The notes below the pieces were generated by a model that searched no databases, was not told the DNA's origin, and saw nothing but the letters and a program-made list of their open reading frames with translations. From NCBI GenBank assembly GCA_030265395.1, contig JARFYF010000052.1:84808900-84872899 (forward strand): a DNA stretch of 64,000 nucleotides. The letters run 5' to 3'. Made by a program: the position numbers and the translations under genes. Of the stretch, positions 25,731-36,502 are shown piece after piece (position 1 is the stretch's first letter; the number at the start of each line of letters is the position of its first letter). Source of the DNA: Rhina ancylostomus. Lineage: Eukaryota.

Positions 25731-25989
25731 TATCACCTGAAACTATCAGTTCTCAGTCCTGTCTACCTTGCAGCTGTGCCTCGGGAATGGTTACAAGTAC
25801 TCCACTTTAATTTCCAGTTTGTCTCATATTCTGTCCATTTGTATAAAGAAAGTCTAACTGGGCCACACACCCTAACTTGTCCTTCTGTTCATAAACTTTT
25901 TCTGTTGCTGCTAGTTTATGTACATTTCCCCCCCTTTAATTGCAGTAAAGAATACACAATTTCTAACTATTGCTGTGCTCTCCTCATTT

Positions 25990-26400
25990 TAAGTTAATCT
26001 CTTCTAATACCTTTCCCAATTGAAACCCTACCTCTCCTATTTGGTAGTTTAAAGTTGCCAATATGATTTCTTTTGCAAGGACTCTGATCCTGTTCCACTT
26101 CAACTGGAACCTGGAACCATTCCACTGGCACAGTCCTTCCTGTCTAGGTACCAATGCCAGTGTCCCATGGAATGGAAACTCCCTTTCCCAAACCACTCCT
26201 TCCAATGTGTCTAACCTCTGTTTACGGTATGCCAGTTTACAAATGGCACAGCTAATAATCCAGAGGATCTAACATCTCAGGTCCTGATTTGTTACATAGG
26301 TTTTAGGTGTGTCAGAAAAGGCTCTCATCTATTTTTTACGATAATATTGATCCAACATTGACCAGAGCAACTAGATCCTCCCACTTCAATTATCTATCCA
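25990..26400 (-). mobile_element. CR1 ORF1 (SGNH esterase-like) remnant
   Basis: Frameshifted ..MGHWHWYLDRKD / LCQWNG..RIRVLA..LN resembles the CR1 ORF1 end GHWxxFWGRxDLYxxDGLHLN..GTxVLA. Confidence 0.55.
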
Positions 26401-27989
26401 GCTGACAAATTTGACAAGAACTATTAATCTTTCTGAATGCCTTCCCATTCAGAAGCATTCCAACTTATTCAAAAAATTAAAAAACTTTAAAAATGCTGAA
26501 ACGTTTTAAACATTTCTAAACATTGGATAGAATTAAGACAAATAAAACACTTAAAATGATTTATAACATTTAAGTAAACTGAATTGATTCAGAAAAAAAT
26601 GTAAATTAGCTAATACATTTGTCATTCACAGAATTCCTAATGTACATCCTGAAGATGTAATGTCAAATCTAAGTGTGGCCTCACCGGGGATCCAGTGTTG
26701 GTGTATAATTGAGAAATTGCCAGTAATTGTCAGCAAGTTCAGGACTTCCATGTTTGCATAGGATAACATGAACTTAGTGGCAACTACATGGAGAAATGCT
26801 GGCAGTTTACCCTGGAGCTGCCTGCTTTTCACAGCCTGAGATGTTCAGGGAGGGACAACATGCATTTCCTGATAAACACATTAAATTACAATTGGTCATC
26901 CATGGATTATTTTAAAAATCTGTAGCAACTATGAGAGTAAACAACAGGCCTCGAGTTAAACATACAACTGAGGATTTAAAAAGAATGCATTATATAGTTA
27001 TATTTGTTTCGATAGCCAATCTATATGCTTCTTTGCTATGTATTACGCTTCAACATTTTCAGTTTTGAATATGTCATTTCCAAACATGAGCACTTCTTGT
27101 TTGATGTAAACTGAGGTTTCAGAATATTTCAGCAACTGTCAATGAAGTGATTAACCCATACCTGTGATTATTAGTGGTCTGAAGCTTCTGCTTTGAAAGG
27201 ATCCAAGTTCCCTCCTCCACCTTTCTACCATAACTTGAGCTGTGGTTAGGCATGACAGATTGGAAAATTGCAAGGCAACAGTAATGCTGCATTCCTCCTT
27301 ATTTCAAGATTTAGCTACCTACTATTTAAAGGGAGGAATGTCCACCTGAAATTTTACAAGTTTTTTGACATTAGGAACTACCTGAAAGATAGAGAATTGC
27401 TATGTTAGGAGTCCCCATTTCTCCAGTTGGGTTGGGTCCAGCAAAGAAGTGGAAGCTAATTTAAACAGTAAGGTGGTTTACCAATCTTCTAGTGAGTGTT
27501 GCTGGGCCCTCTTACTGGTGAGGCCAAACTCTGCACTCTGCACCTCTGAAGAAAAAGTAAGACCTTTTAAAATAAAATGGATTAGAACTTGGCAAAGAGT
27601 GTAAGATGAAGACACGGTGATCTTGAGAACAGATCTTGGCAGCATACATCCTGGCCAAAAGCAGGCAGGGAGCACATTTTCAAATAGGAACTTAAAATGC
27701 ACTCATGGAGGCATGAGTATTTTCTGGTTTGACATAGAAAGAACAAAATAATACCAATAATACATTCATTATGACCATTTGATACTTAATAGCAGTTCAA
27801 AGACACCAAGTATTTTTAAGGCAGAAACATTTTGTAAAGTTGGGAACTCAGGCCAATTCATGGCTGATATTTTCACAAACTATGATGGGATTATAGTTAA
27901 TAATCTGTTTCATTGTTTGAGGTTTAAACACTGATCGAGGTGCACATTCTCTTACATTCATCTTCAAGTGTAGGCAGGATCATAATTTT

Positions 27990-28132
27990 ATGTCCCATTA
28001 GAAAACAGCACTTCTAATTAATACAACATTCCCTCAAAATTGTACTCGAGTAGCTTCATAGATATTTTGCCTTAAGTTCCTGGAATGCACAGCTCTCTGA
28101 CTTAAGGGGCAAAGTTACTGCCTACTGAACCT
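27990..28132 (-). mobile_element. Deu-domain SINE head fragment
   Basis: cagcacttc...cattccctcaaaattgtact and tRNA-like head, homologous to 57930-58045. Confidence 0.5.
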
Positions 28133-29019
28133 TGAGTAACTGTTGGCAAAAGCCCTAACCTCCCACTTCCATCCTGCTATTTCTTTGCTGCTGATATAAA
28201 ATCATGCAAAGGTCAGGTCTAGAGGACACTGATGAATGAAATCCTGGCCTTACCTCCAGGAACATTGCCTACAGATTTTCAGGTCAAGTATATCTACTCT
28301 AACTGAAGGGAAATAAAAGGGTGCTGCTTTCAAGAAAATCTGTTCTGCAGACTTTTCTTGTTTGTTCAAAGACAGCTATTTTCTAAAAATGGTATTATTC
28401 TAATCTTGTGTATCAAGAAATAAATGAGAATAGAAGTGGGAAGTTAAAGGTCTATCTTTGTCACTGTTCCTGCAGGAAGGAGAATGGAAAGACATGATCT
28501 CAGAGGAGCGCATCTATCTGAAGATGTCTGTATAAAGATACAGATGTCACAATGTTGAGCAAGAGCAAGCTCACAGAGAACCCAAATGCAGCACATTGGT
28601 ACAAGACTGGAGTCAGGATACTTCCTCAGGACCAAACNNNNNNNNNNNNNNNNNNNNNNNNNNNNNNNNNNNNNNNNNNNNNNNNNNNNNNNNNNNNNNN
28701 NNNNNNNNNNNNNNNNNNNNNNNNNNNNNNNNNNNNNAAGACATCAAAGGAGCCAAATCGAGGGCCAGTACTCAGAACCATGACAACAGAATCTAATAAC
28801 CATTATTCAAAATCAAATCATCACCTCTTATGTTTCAGTGGTGCAGGTCTTATTCACTACCAGTCTATTTTTGGAAAATATGAAGAAAACAATGCTGAAA
28901 ATATGAAGAAAACGAGCTGAATGCTAGGGCCCTGTTCCTTGTAGATCATGGATGTTTGTATAATGGTTCAGAGCTAGAAATTCACCTGAAAATCAATATA
29001 AAAGCTGAAAATTCTGTAA

Positions 29020-29218
29020 TGGAGACCCAAGACACTGCAGATGCTGGAATCTGGAGCAACAAACGGTCTGATGGAGGAAATCAGTGGGTCGAGCAGCATT
29101 TCTGGGAGGAAAGGCATTGTTGATGTTTTGGGTAGAAACCTTGCATCAAGACCCAAAACATTGACAAAACGTTCACAGATGCCGCTCAACCTGCTGAGTT
29201 CCTCCATCAGACAGTTTG
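29020..29218. mobile_element. Fold-back unit made of two inverted Penelope-like termini
   Basis: Arms 29060-29104 and 29174-29218 are reverse complements with few mismatches. Flanked by an imperfect 18-bp direct repeat. Confidence 0.75.
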
Positions 29219-30110
29219 AAGCTGCAAATGCTGTAAACCTGAAATAAAACCAGAAAATGCTGAAATCACTCAGCAGGTCAGGCAGAATCTGTAGAAAGGG
29301 AAAAGCTTCAGGTCCAGGACCCTTCACCAGAACCAGGAAAAAGCAAAACCAAGTTAGTTTTGAGTATCAGAGAAGGTGAGCTGAGGATGGGGAGAACAAA
29401 GAGAATACCTCTGACATGATGAGACCAAATGACTAAGTAGCAGATTATGTTTCTTCATCTGTTTACTGTGTTGCTAATCATAAGGGCCAGACAATAAACA
29501 TAGAAAAAAGAAAAACTGAGCCAAAATGATGACAGGCAGAAATTGCCAATTCAGATAGAAAAAGAAAGAGTTTAGCTAAAGTTGGAGAATTCAATATTGA
29601 GTCCAGAAGGTTGCAACATGCCCAGAAAGAAGATGAGGTGTTGTTCCTCGAATTTGTGTTGGGCCTCATTGGGAGTGCAGGAGGCCACAGACAGAAAGGT
29701 CAAAGGTGGGAGGGGAATGGTGAATTAAAGTTCTAGGCAATGTGAAGCTCAGGGTGACTCCTGTGAACTGAATGCAGGTTCTCCACAAACCAATCACTCC
29801 AGTTGCTTTTGGTCTCTCTAATGTAGAGGAAGCCACATTGTGAACACTGAATGCAGTGCGCTAGGTTGGAAGAAGTGCAGGTGAATCATTGCTTCACCTA
29901 GAAAAACTGTTTGGATCACTGGGAAAGGAAGCAGTGATAGGACAGGTGTTGAATCTCCTGCAGTCACACAGAAAAGTGGCATATGACAGGGAGTAGTTGG
30001 TGAAAGAGTGGACCACGGAGTTGTGAGGAGAGTAGTCCCTCAAAATACTGTGAGGAGAGAGGTATATGCTTCTGGTGCTAGAACCTTGATGGATTTGGCA
30101 GAAATTCATT
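29219..30110 (-). mobile_element. Penelope-like element: GIY-YIG endonuclease remnant plus terminus
   Basis: Minus strand 29880-29740 translates CTSSNLAHCIQCSQCGFLYIRETK...PELHIA. Hammerhead-like core at 29301-29334. Confidence 0.85.
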
Positions 30111-30869
30111 TAATTTAATTTCAGAGAGTTCTGATTTAGATAGAGGTTGCTACAACTGCTGATTACTGACTAGTAGTTATGAATGAGGTAAAAAGAGATT
30201 TCCTGTGACAATTCTACATCTTCACAATTATTGTTCAAATCTATAAATTGAATGGATATATAAGCCAATTATGTTAAATGGAAAAACTAAACTCTGTTCC
30301 ATCTGTTAGCAAAATGAATGTCACATAAGTCAAAATGATCATAGTAAATAATTTGAAAATTGCAAATTTGATATTTATTGAGATTGTTTTTGGAAACCTT
30401 CCTTTTGAAAACTTGTCCTTTCTCAGCAGATTATTTTGTGGAAGACCTATAGGACTGTAAACCTACAGAAATCTTTTTTACAAAAAGGTTTATAATTTTG
30501 ATATTTAGCAGGGTAACAATGGGTTCTATTTATCAGAGGAAATTAATACCATCATAATTACCGTTGAAGGTCAGGAGGCATTATATATGTTTGACAGGAG
30601 TCTGTAGTATGTAAATAAGGTTGTGGGGCTTAATTAATTTTCTTGAATGCTGCATCAATGTATTGAAGCATCTGGAAATCATCAAACGGTCTTTCAAAGT
30701 ATCCTAAAGTTTCTGCAATAATGTACTTACAGCAGTATTGCAATGAAATCAAGGTCTTAAACATATCAGGCGTCTTTACAATGGCTGGTTTATTAGCATA
30801 ACTCTTTCTGGTTGTTTAATAAGAATCTAAGGATTAAACAATCCTTACCTGCCTCTTTAACTGTCATTG

Positions 30870-31950
30870 AACCGTGGAGTTGTACAGCATGGATAAAGTT
30901 AGTTTAGCTTATTGAGACTGAACCAGTTCTTTCAACAAGAAATCAAGTTAGACTCACACTCCTGATCTTTCCCCAAGTCCATGTATTTTATTCTTAAAAT
31001 GTTTATACAATCCCCTTGTGAAAGCCACTACTTAATCTGTGTGCACTATCTCATCAGACCATGCATTCCAAATCCCAACCACACGGTGTGAGGAGTGTTT
31101 CTCCTTCTGGTTCTTTTGCCAGTCACTTCAGATCTGTTCTCTCTTGTTTAATGATGATCCTTCAGTCTGTTGAATTTGCTTCTCTTCACTTCTTCTACCT
31201 CAATCCTTCATAACCTTAACCACATCTATCAAGTTAGCCAAACACAAAGTGATCCCAACAAATCCATGTCAATTCATTTATGAGTGCCTGTTTGCCCAGG
31301 TGGCTGTTAGATTTCTCCCGCATTGTTGTTACAAAAAATGTACTCTCCATCATGGTTTCCAGCTTCATCCTTTTATCTTTATTTGACAAGTGTTACAACA
31401 TTTGCAAACATCTTCTCCTTTGGCCCCATCCCGGTAAGTAGGAAGGTTTTGAAAATTGTAACTAGCACCTCTTCACCTTCTATTCTACCTTCCCTCAGCA
31501 ATCTAGACTGGGTAACTTACTCATCTGAAGTACCTCCATTCTTCTCAGCTTTTCATCTCATCTACTTTTCTAGTAACATACTGATTTACCATAATTTTAG
31601 CAAAGTCCTTTTTATTAAAAGCCTAAAAAATAATTCTCATTCAGTACCTTAGCCATCCATCAATAGATCACTGTTATGTCTTTAATCAGTCTATCATTCA
31701 CTTTACAATGTTTACAATGCTTGTGAAAAACTTTGATTTCCATTTTATATCAACCACTAATCTATTGTCATGTTTGGTTTCAATTTCATTTTCACTTTCC
31801 TCTGCACTATTCATACCCAGTTTAATACCTTCTGTGATACTGTACTGACATCTGTCATCTGCCCCCTTTTCTGTTTCATCCCACCATTTTCCTGCTTTGT
31901 CTTCCTGAGACCAGTTTTGATTACCCTCCCTTTGTCTCTTGTACAAGTGT
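30870..31950 (-). mobile_element. Old CR1 fragments
   Basis: CR1 3' end at 30870-31240. Pre-RT linker IKxKSKxFxxIV and ANVVTL motif. Confidence 0.65.
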
Positions 31951-32422
31951 ACTCAGACCATCACTTTAAAGGCAACCAATTTTCATAGAGCATTATGGAT
32001 CAGAGGGAAGTGGATTCAGCCTTTTACTAATTCTACTGAGTTCAACCTCAGTTGCATTGTTCAAGGTGTTCTTGCAAGTTGGGGTTAGTAAGCTTTCTTG
32101 GATATGGATGTGCAGGAATGAGGGTAGAAGGCCAGAGAATAGTCCGTACTTTGCTACTCTTCTTTAACCTCCAATAGTGTGGGTAGAATACTCCACAAAC
32201 TGTATTCATTTGGGCAACACCAAAGCATAGCAGGCAAAAAATAAGTTGATTTTGTCAAAAAGCTACCCTGTCCTTGTACTCCCTAGTTGCCACTAATCAT
32301 TTTTATACAATATGGGTAAAAACAGCTATACCTTTCTCCAGCAGTAGGCTAAACAGTTAAAGCAAAACATGAAATAAATAATTAAAATGAGAAAAACGGA
32401 AGATGGATGAAGTCCATGGAAG

Positions 32423-32428
32423 TTTATT
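32423..32428 (-). terminator. Candidate polyadenylation signal of cfap299
   Basis: AATAAA on the minus strand about 95 nt after the TGA stop. Confidence 0.6.
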
Positions 32429-32521
32429 TTTCCCCACAGTTTTTACAATTGGTTAAACATCCCTTTGAGTGAAAACAATTACAGGTACACAAGGGGTCAT
32501 TCTTTCATTGTTCTAAGATGT

Positions 32522-32617
32522 TCAGGATTTTCTTCTTGTGATATGGTCATAGATGACTATTTGGACATAAAGTTCTGTTTCAATTAAATTTCGAGTGGTG
32601 TTATCCCCAGGAGATAC
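32522..32617 (-). CDS. cfap299: CFAP299, last coding exon including stop codon
   Basis: Polypyrimidine tract plus cAG acceptor at 32618-32619. The 96 nt are phase 0, in frame with the previous exon, and translate VSPGDNTTRNLIETELYVQIVIYDHITRRKS*, matching the human C-terminus AQPGDNSTRITILTELYVQAVIFDHISRRKT as recalled. Confidence 0.95.
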   Translation of the reverse strand, partial: VSPGDNTTRNLIETELYVQIVIYDHITRRKS

Positions 32618-33204
32618 CTGCCAAAAAAAATGAAATAGTGGTTAAAAATGCATGGTATGAGCCTAGATAATATTTTAAAGATTAACTTGTCCTTGACTTA
32701 AAAGTTCTTTTATCAGAGTGTTTGCTGATTGTTGTTTAAAGGACACAGAAAGAGATCAACAGTTCTTTCAAGGAACCCATATTTGCTGTGTAGATTTCAG
32801 AGAAAACTCAGCTTGCATCAGTCCTGGTCCATGGAGTTCACTTATCCAAAGACAAGTAATTTCGTTTTTATCCGGACATATACCCCGATTGTGATAAATT
32901 CTACAGTGGAGAGGCTTCTGTAATACACCTGCTTTGAACACGTCAATATTTGAAAATATTTCCTGAATAGGTTCTGAACATATTGCAATTAAGCATTGGT
33001 CTTCCACAGAGACAGCATCTTGTGCTCCCAGTAACTGAAGTTCTACCTTCAGGCCTCTTTCTAGTACTTTCAGAACAAAATGTTATCCTTGACTCAGTGA
33101 TCCCTTCTCCATCACTGTATGTCTTTCCCAAAATCATTCGCCCTCCTGAACAGAATACTACCTCATGGAAACAGACCAGAGGAAGTCAGAATTACATGGA
33201 AATC

Positions 33205-34446
33205 AAAGTACTGCAGAAGCTGGAAGTCTTAAAATAAAACAGAAAATGCTGGAAGTACACAGCAGGTCAGGTTGCATCTGTGGTAAGAGAAACAGATACA
33301 GCATTTCAGGTTGAAGATCCTTCATCCGAACTGGAAGGGAGAGAAAAGAAAGTCATTAAGCTGCAGGGAGGGTGGATGCCTCTGATAGGCTTAAACCAGG
33401 ATGGGGATAAGATGCAAGCAAGGTTATCTGCTCAGTGAGTGAATGGAAGCAGTTAGAGTGAGAACATAGACAGAAGAACATAGAGAAAATAATGTAGGAG
33501 TTGTGAAATGCGGACCTGGAAGACATTCCCAGCAGGTCAGGCTGGGAATGTCCCATGCTCCCAGAGGAAAAGAAGAGGGAAGTAGGTTAAAAAAAAGCAA
33601 GTAAGCTGAGCCACTCTCACAGCTGGATGTCTGATAGAGAGAAATCAAACTACCAAAAGTGGTAGAATTCAATATTGAGTCCAGAAAGCTGCAATGTGCC
33701 AGGACAGCAGATGAAGTGTTGTTTCTCATGCTTGAGTTGGGCCTTGATGTAATAGTGTAGGAGTCCTTTCACTTCTTCACTTTGCACCATCCAGGTGCAA
33801 AACAGCCTTTCCAAGTGAAGCAGTAATTCATATGCACTTCTTCTGATCTAGTTAGTGTACTGCATTTGGTGTTCACAATGTAGTATCCGCCACATTGGAG
33901 AAACCAAATGCAGGGTGGATGACTGCTTTGCAGAACACATTTATTCAGACCAAAAAGGTGATCCTGAGCTTCCCATTGCCTGCCATTTTAATTCTCCATC
34001 CCACTCCCACTCTGACCTGTTGGTCTGCGGCCTTCCGCACTGATACAATGAAGCCCAATGCAAGCTCAAGACACAACACCTTCATCTTCTTTCTGGACAT
34101 ATTGCAGCCTTCTGGAGTCTATAGTGAATTCTCTAACTGCAGGGTATTTGATTTCTCTGTCTGCATCAGTCATCCATCTGTGATGCTGGCAGAGCTTTTT
34201 TTTCTGCTTTTTTTTCTTTTTTTCCTCCTGACCTGCTGGCCATGTCTTCTTGCTCTGCTTTTCACAACTCCTGCATCCTTCTGTCCATGTTCTCACTCCC
34301 TCACTGCTCCCATTCACTCATTGACCAGACAACTTTGTTTACATTATTCCCATGGTCATCCTGGTTTTACCCTCTCAGAGACAACCCCCTTCACCACTCT
34401 CCCTGCAGTTCAACAAACTTCCTTTCTCCCCTCAGTTCTGAGGAAG
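33205..34446. mobile_element. Penelope-like element with inverted terminal structure, in the last intron of cfap299
   Basis: Central plus-strand GIY-YIG remnant VYCIWCSQCSIRHIGETKCRVDDCFAEHI...PELPIACHFNSPSHSHSDL (33855-34043). About 33320-33765 is an inverted copy of about 34020-34446. Confidence 0.85.
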
Positions 34447-36372
34447 TGAATCTCATCCATCTGCAGAATCAAATTTTTTAAGAAACATTTTTATTTTGTA
34501 AATAAATACTTGCTGGTATATGGCCTGTAATTTTCCATATGTACCACTGTAAATATGTGGACATATCATTGATAGTTAAGTAATTTTCCTTTATTATTGA
34601 CCAAAGAGAAGGTGAAAGGCTTGATGGGAAAATAGTCACCTTCTCTATTGTATCTTATGCTACAACGAAGCAAAAACCTATCAACACTTCTCAAATTCAC
34701 TGTGATCCTATTTTATTTCTGATGATAGACATTAAAATATCTTCTGTTGGTCTATGTGGCTGGTGCCACCACACCCAGACTGAATGTGTTTAGTACCAAA
34801 ATTACCAATGGATATTTATGCCAACAGCGTCTCTGTCAGGTACCTTCTGAATTTAGTTGTCACTGAAAGATCATATCCTTCTTCTTTCAGGGGTTTAAGG
34901 ATCCTAATTCAAGGGAGCTTAGGCAGTAATAAAACTGTAACTACAGCATAGAACTGGTGTAGGTTTATCACCCCATCCCCAACTCCATGCGGTTGCTAAT
35001 AATGTTTTGTCACAATTTGCTGTTACAAGCTGGACAGATAATAACAGCCTACCATATATGTGGCAGGTTTAGTTGGAGTTCAGCTGCATCAAATTGTGAA
35101 TCGTGCAATTCATGGGAGAGGCCATATTTATATATTATTTTTAGTGGTGTAAATCCTGCCAGAACTCAGCTGGAACTTTTTTAAGTCTTTGTGCAAATCT
35201 GAGTATTGCTGGTTAGAGCTGAAAATAGCTCAGGAAGTGAGCATTCTTCATATGTATATGCAGTAAACCATGACTTCTGCCAAGTGGTATGGGCCATCAC
35301 ATAATGCAGTCAAAAACATTTGGTCTCAGAATGATGATTATTGTAGCAAATGGAAGAAAAAAAATACATTGTCATGTTGAGATTCTTCTGAGGTTAGAGC
35401 TGTGGTGCAATGCTCTTTGCTTTGGGTAATAAATTAATTTAAACAAGGTTATGTTAAGAATTTTGTTACACATGGTAACCAGAACAATTCTCTCCCATGA
35501 TTGAGGCAGTGTACTGAGTACTATATTGTTTCTAGCTGCACTGTATTTGATTGTCATGCTAACAATGCTCCCTCCCCCGAAAAAATAGTGGGTCTCATTC
35601 TCTATCATTGACATTTTTCATCTTGAGAATTACAAAACATATATTTTTAAATATTATAAAATAATTGTAAACAAAATTTAAACATGCCTCTTGCTAACCC
35701 AAGATCTATGGAACTAGATCATTTTTAAACTTTGACATATTTTGTTAAATAACCTTTATTTTGGAGGAGACCATTACTCTGTTCATTGTCATTCTTTATC
35801 TTGTCACCTCGTTTGCAGCATGTGTGGACATCACTATTTACAGTTAGAACTGTGATATTAATACATGTTTATGTTGCTAAACTATTATGCTATTGCGGCG
35901 ACTGACCTTTCATGAACCGGCTCCCACGATCGCGAGCGTCGTCGGAGGCCCCGACACAAGATGGTGCGGGGCACTCCTTCTTTGTGGGCTAGTGGAGCCC
36001 GCGCGCGGGAAGGTCACNNNNNNNNNNNNNNNNNNNNNNNNNNNNNNNNNNNNNNNNNNNNNNNNNNNNNNNNNNNNNNNNNNNNNNNNNNNNNNNNNNN
36101 NNNNNNNNNNNNNNNNNACTCCTGGGAGTTCCCTATTTTTTGGAGCTGTCCTTGTCTCAATTTGAACAGAAAGCAAAAATAAAATCCTCATTCTTGAATT
36201 CTGGACCAAAAAAAACAAGTCGGAATCTGAAATCTTAACTGGCCTGTTTCTTTCTTTGATGTAGACTGACTATGTGAGTGTTTCAAGTGCTTTATGGTAT
36301 TTTCAAACTCAGAATAGAAAGAAGGTCAAAGCAGGTGGGGGAGATCAGAAAGGAACAACAAAACAGACCTAC

Positions 36373-36502
36373 CTTTGGATCCACATTCATTACTTTTCGA
36401 TCTCTTTTGTTTTTGAAAAGGAGTCCAGAAGCATTGTCTGTGATCACCTGATAAAATGGGCTGGAATTGGATGTGGAGTTCTGGGTGTCCCAGTTGTAGA
36501 AG
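36373..36502 (-). CDS. cfap299: Cilia- and flagella-associated protein 299, penultimate coding exon
   Basis: 130-nt exon with acceptor ttttatggcAG and donor AAG|GTAGGT. Translates (S)[43 protein letters not shown], matching human [44 protein letters not shown] as recalled. Not shown in this frame by the ORF track. Confidence 0.95.

Noticed and set aside
32612-32620. AG|GT at the terminal exon start, resembling a recursive splice site
   Set aside because: GTATCT is a poor donor and simply encodes Val-Ser of the conserved exon.
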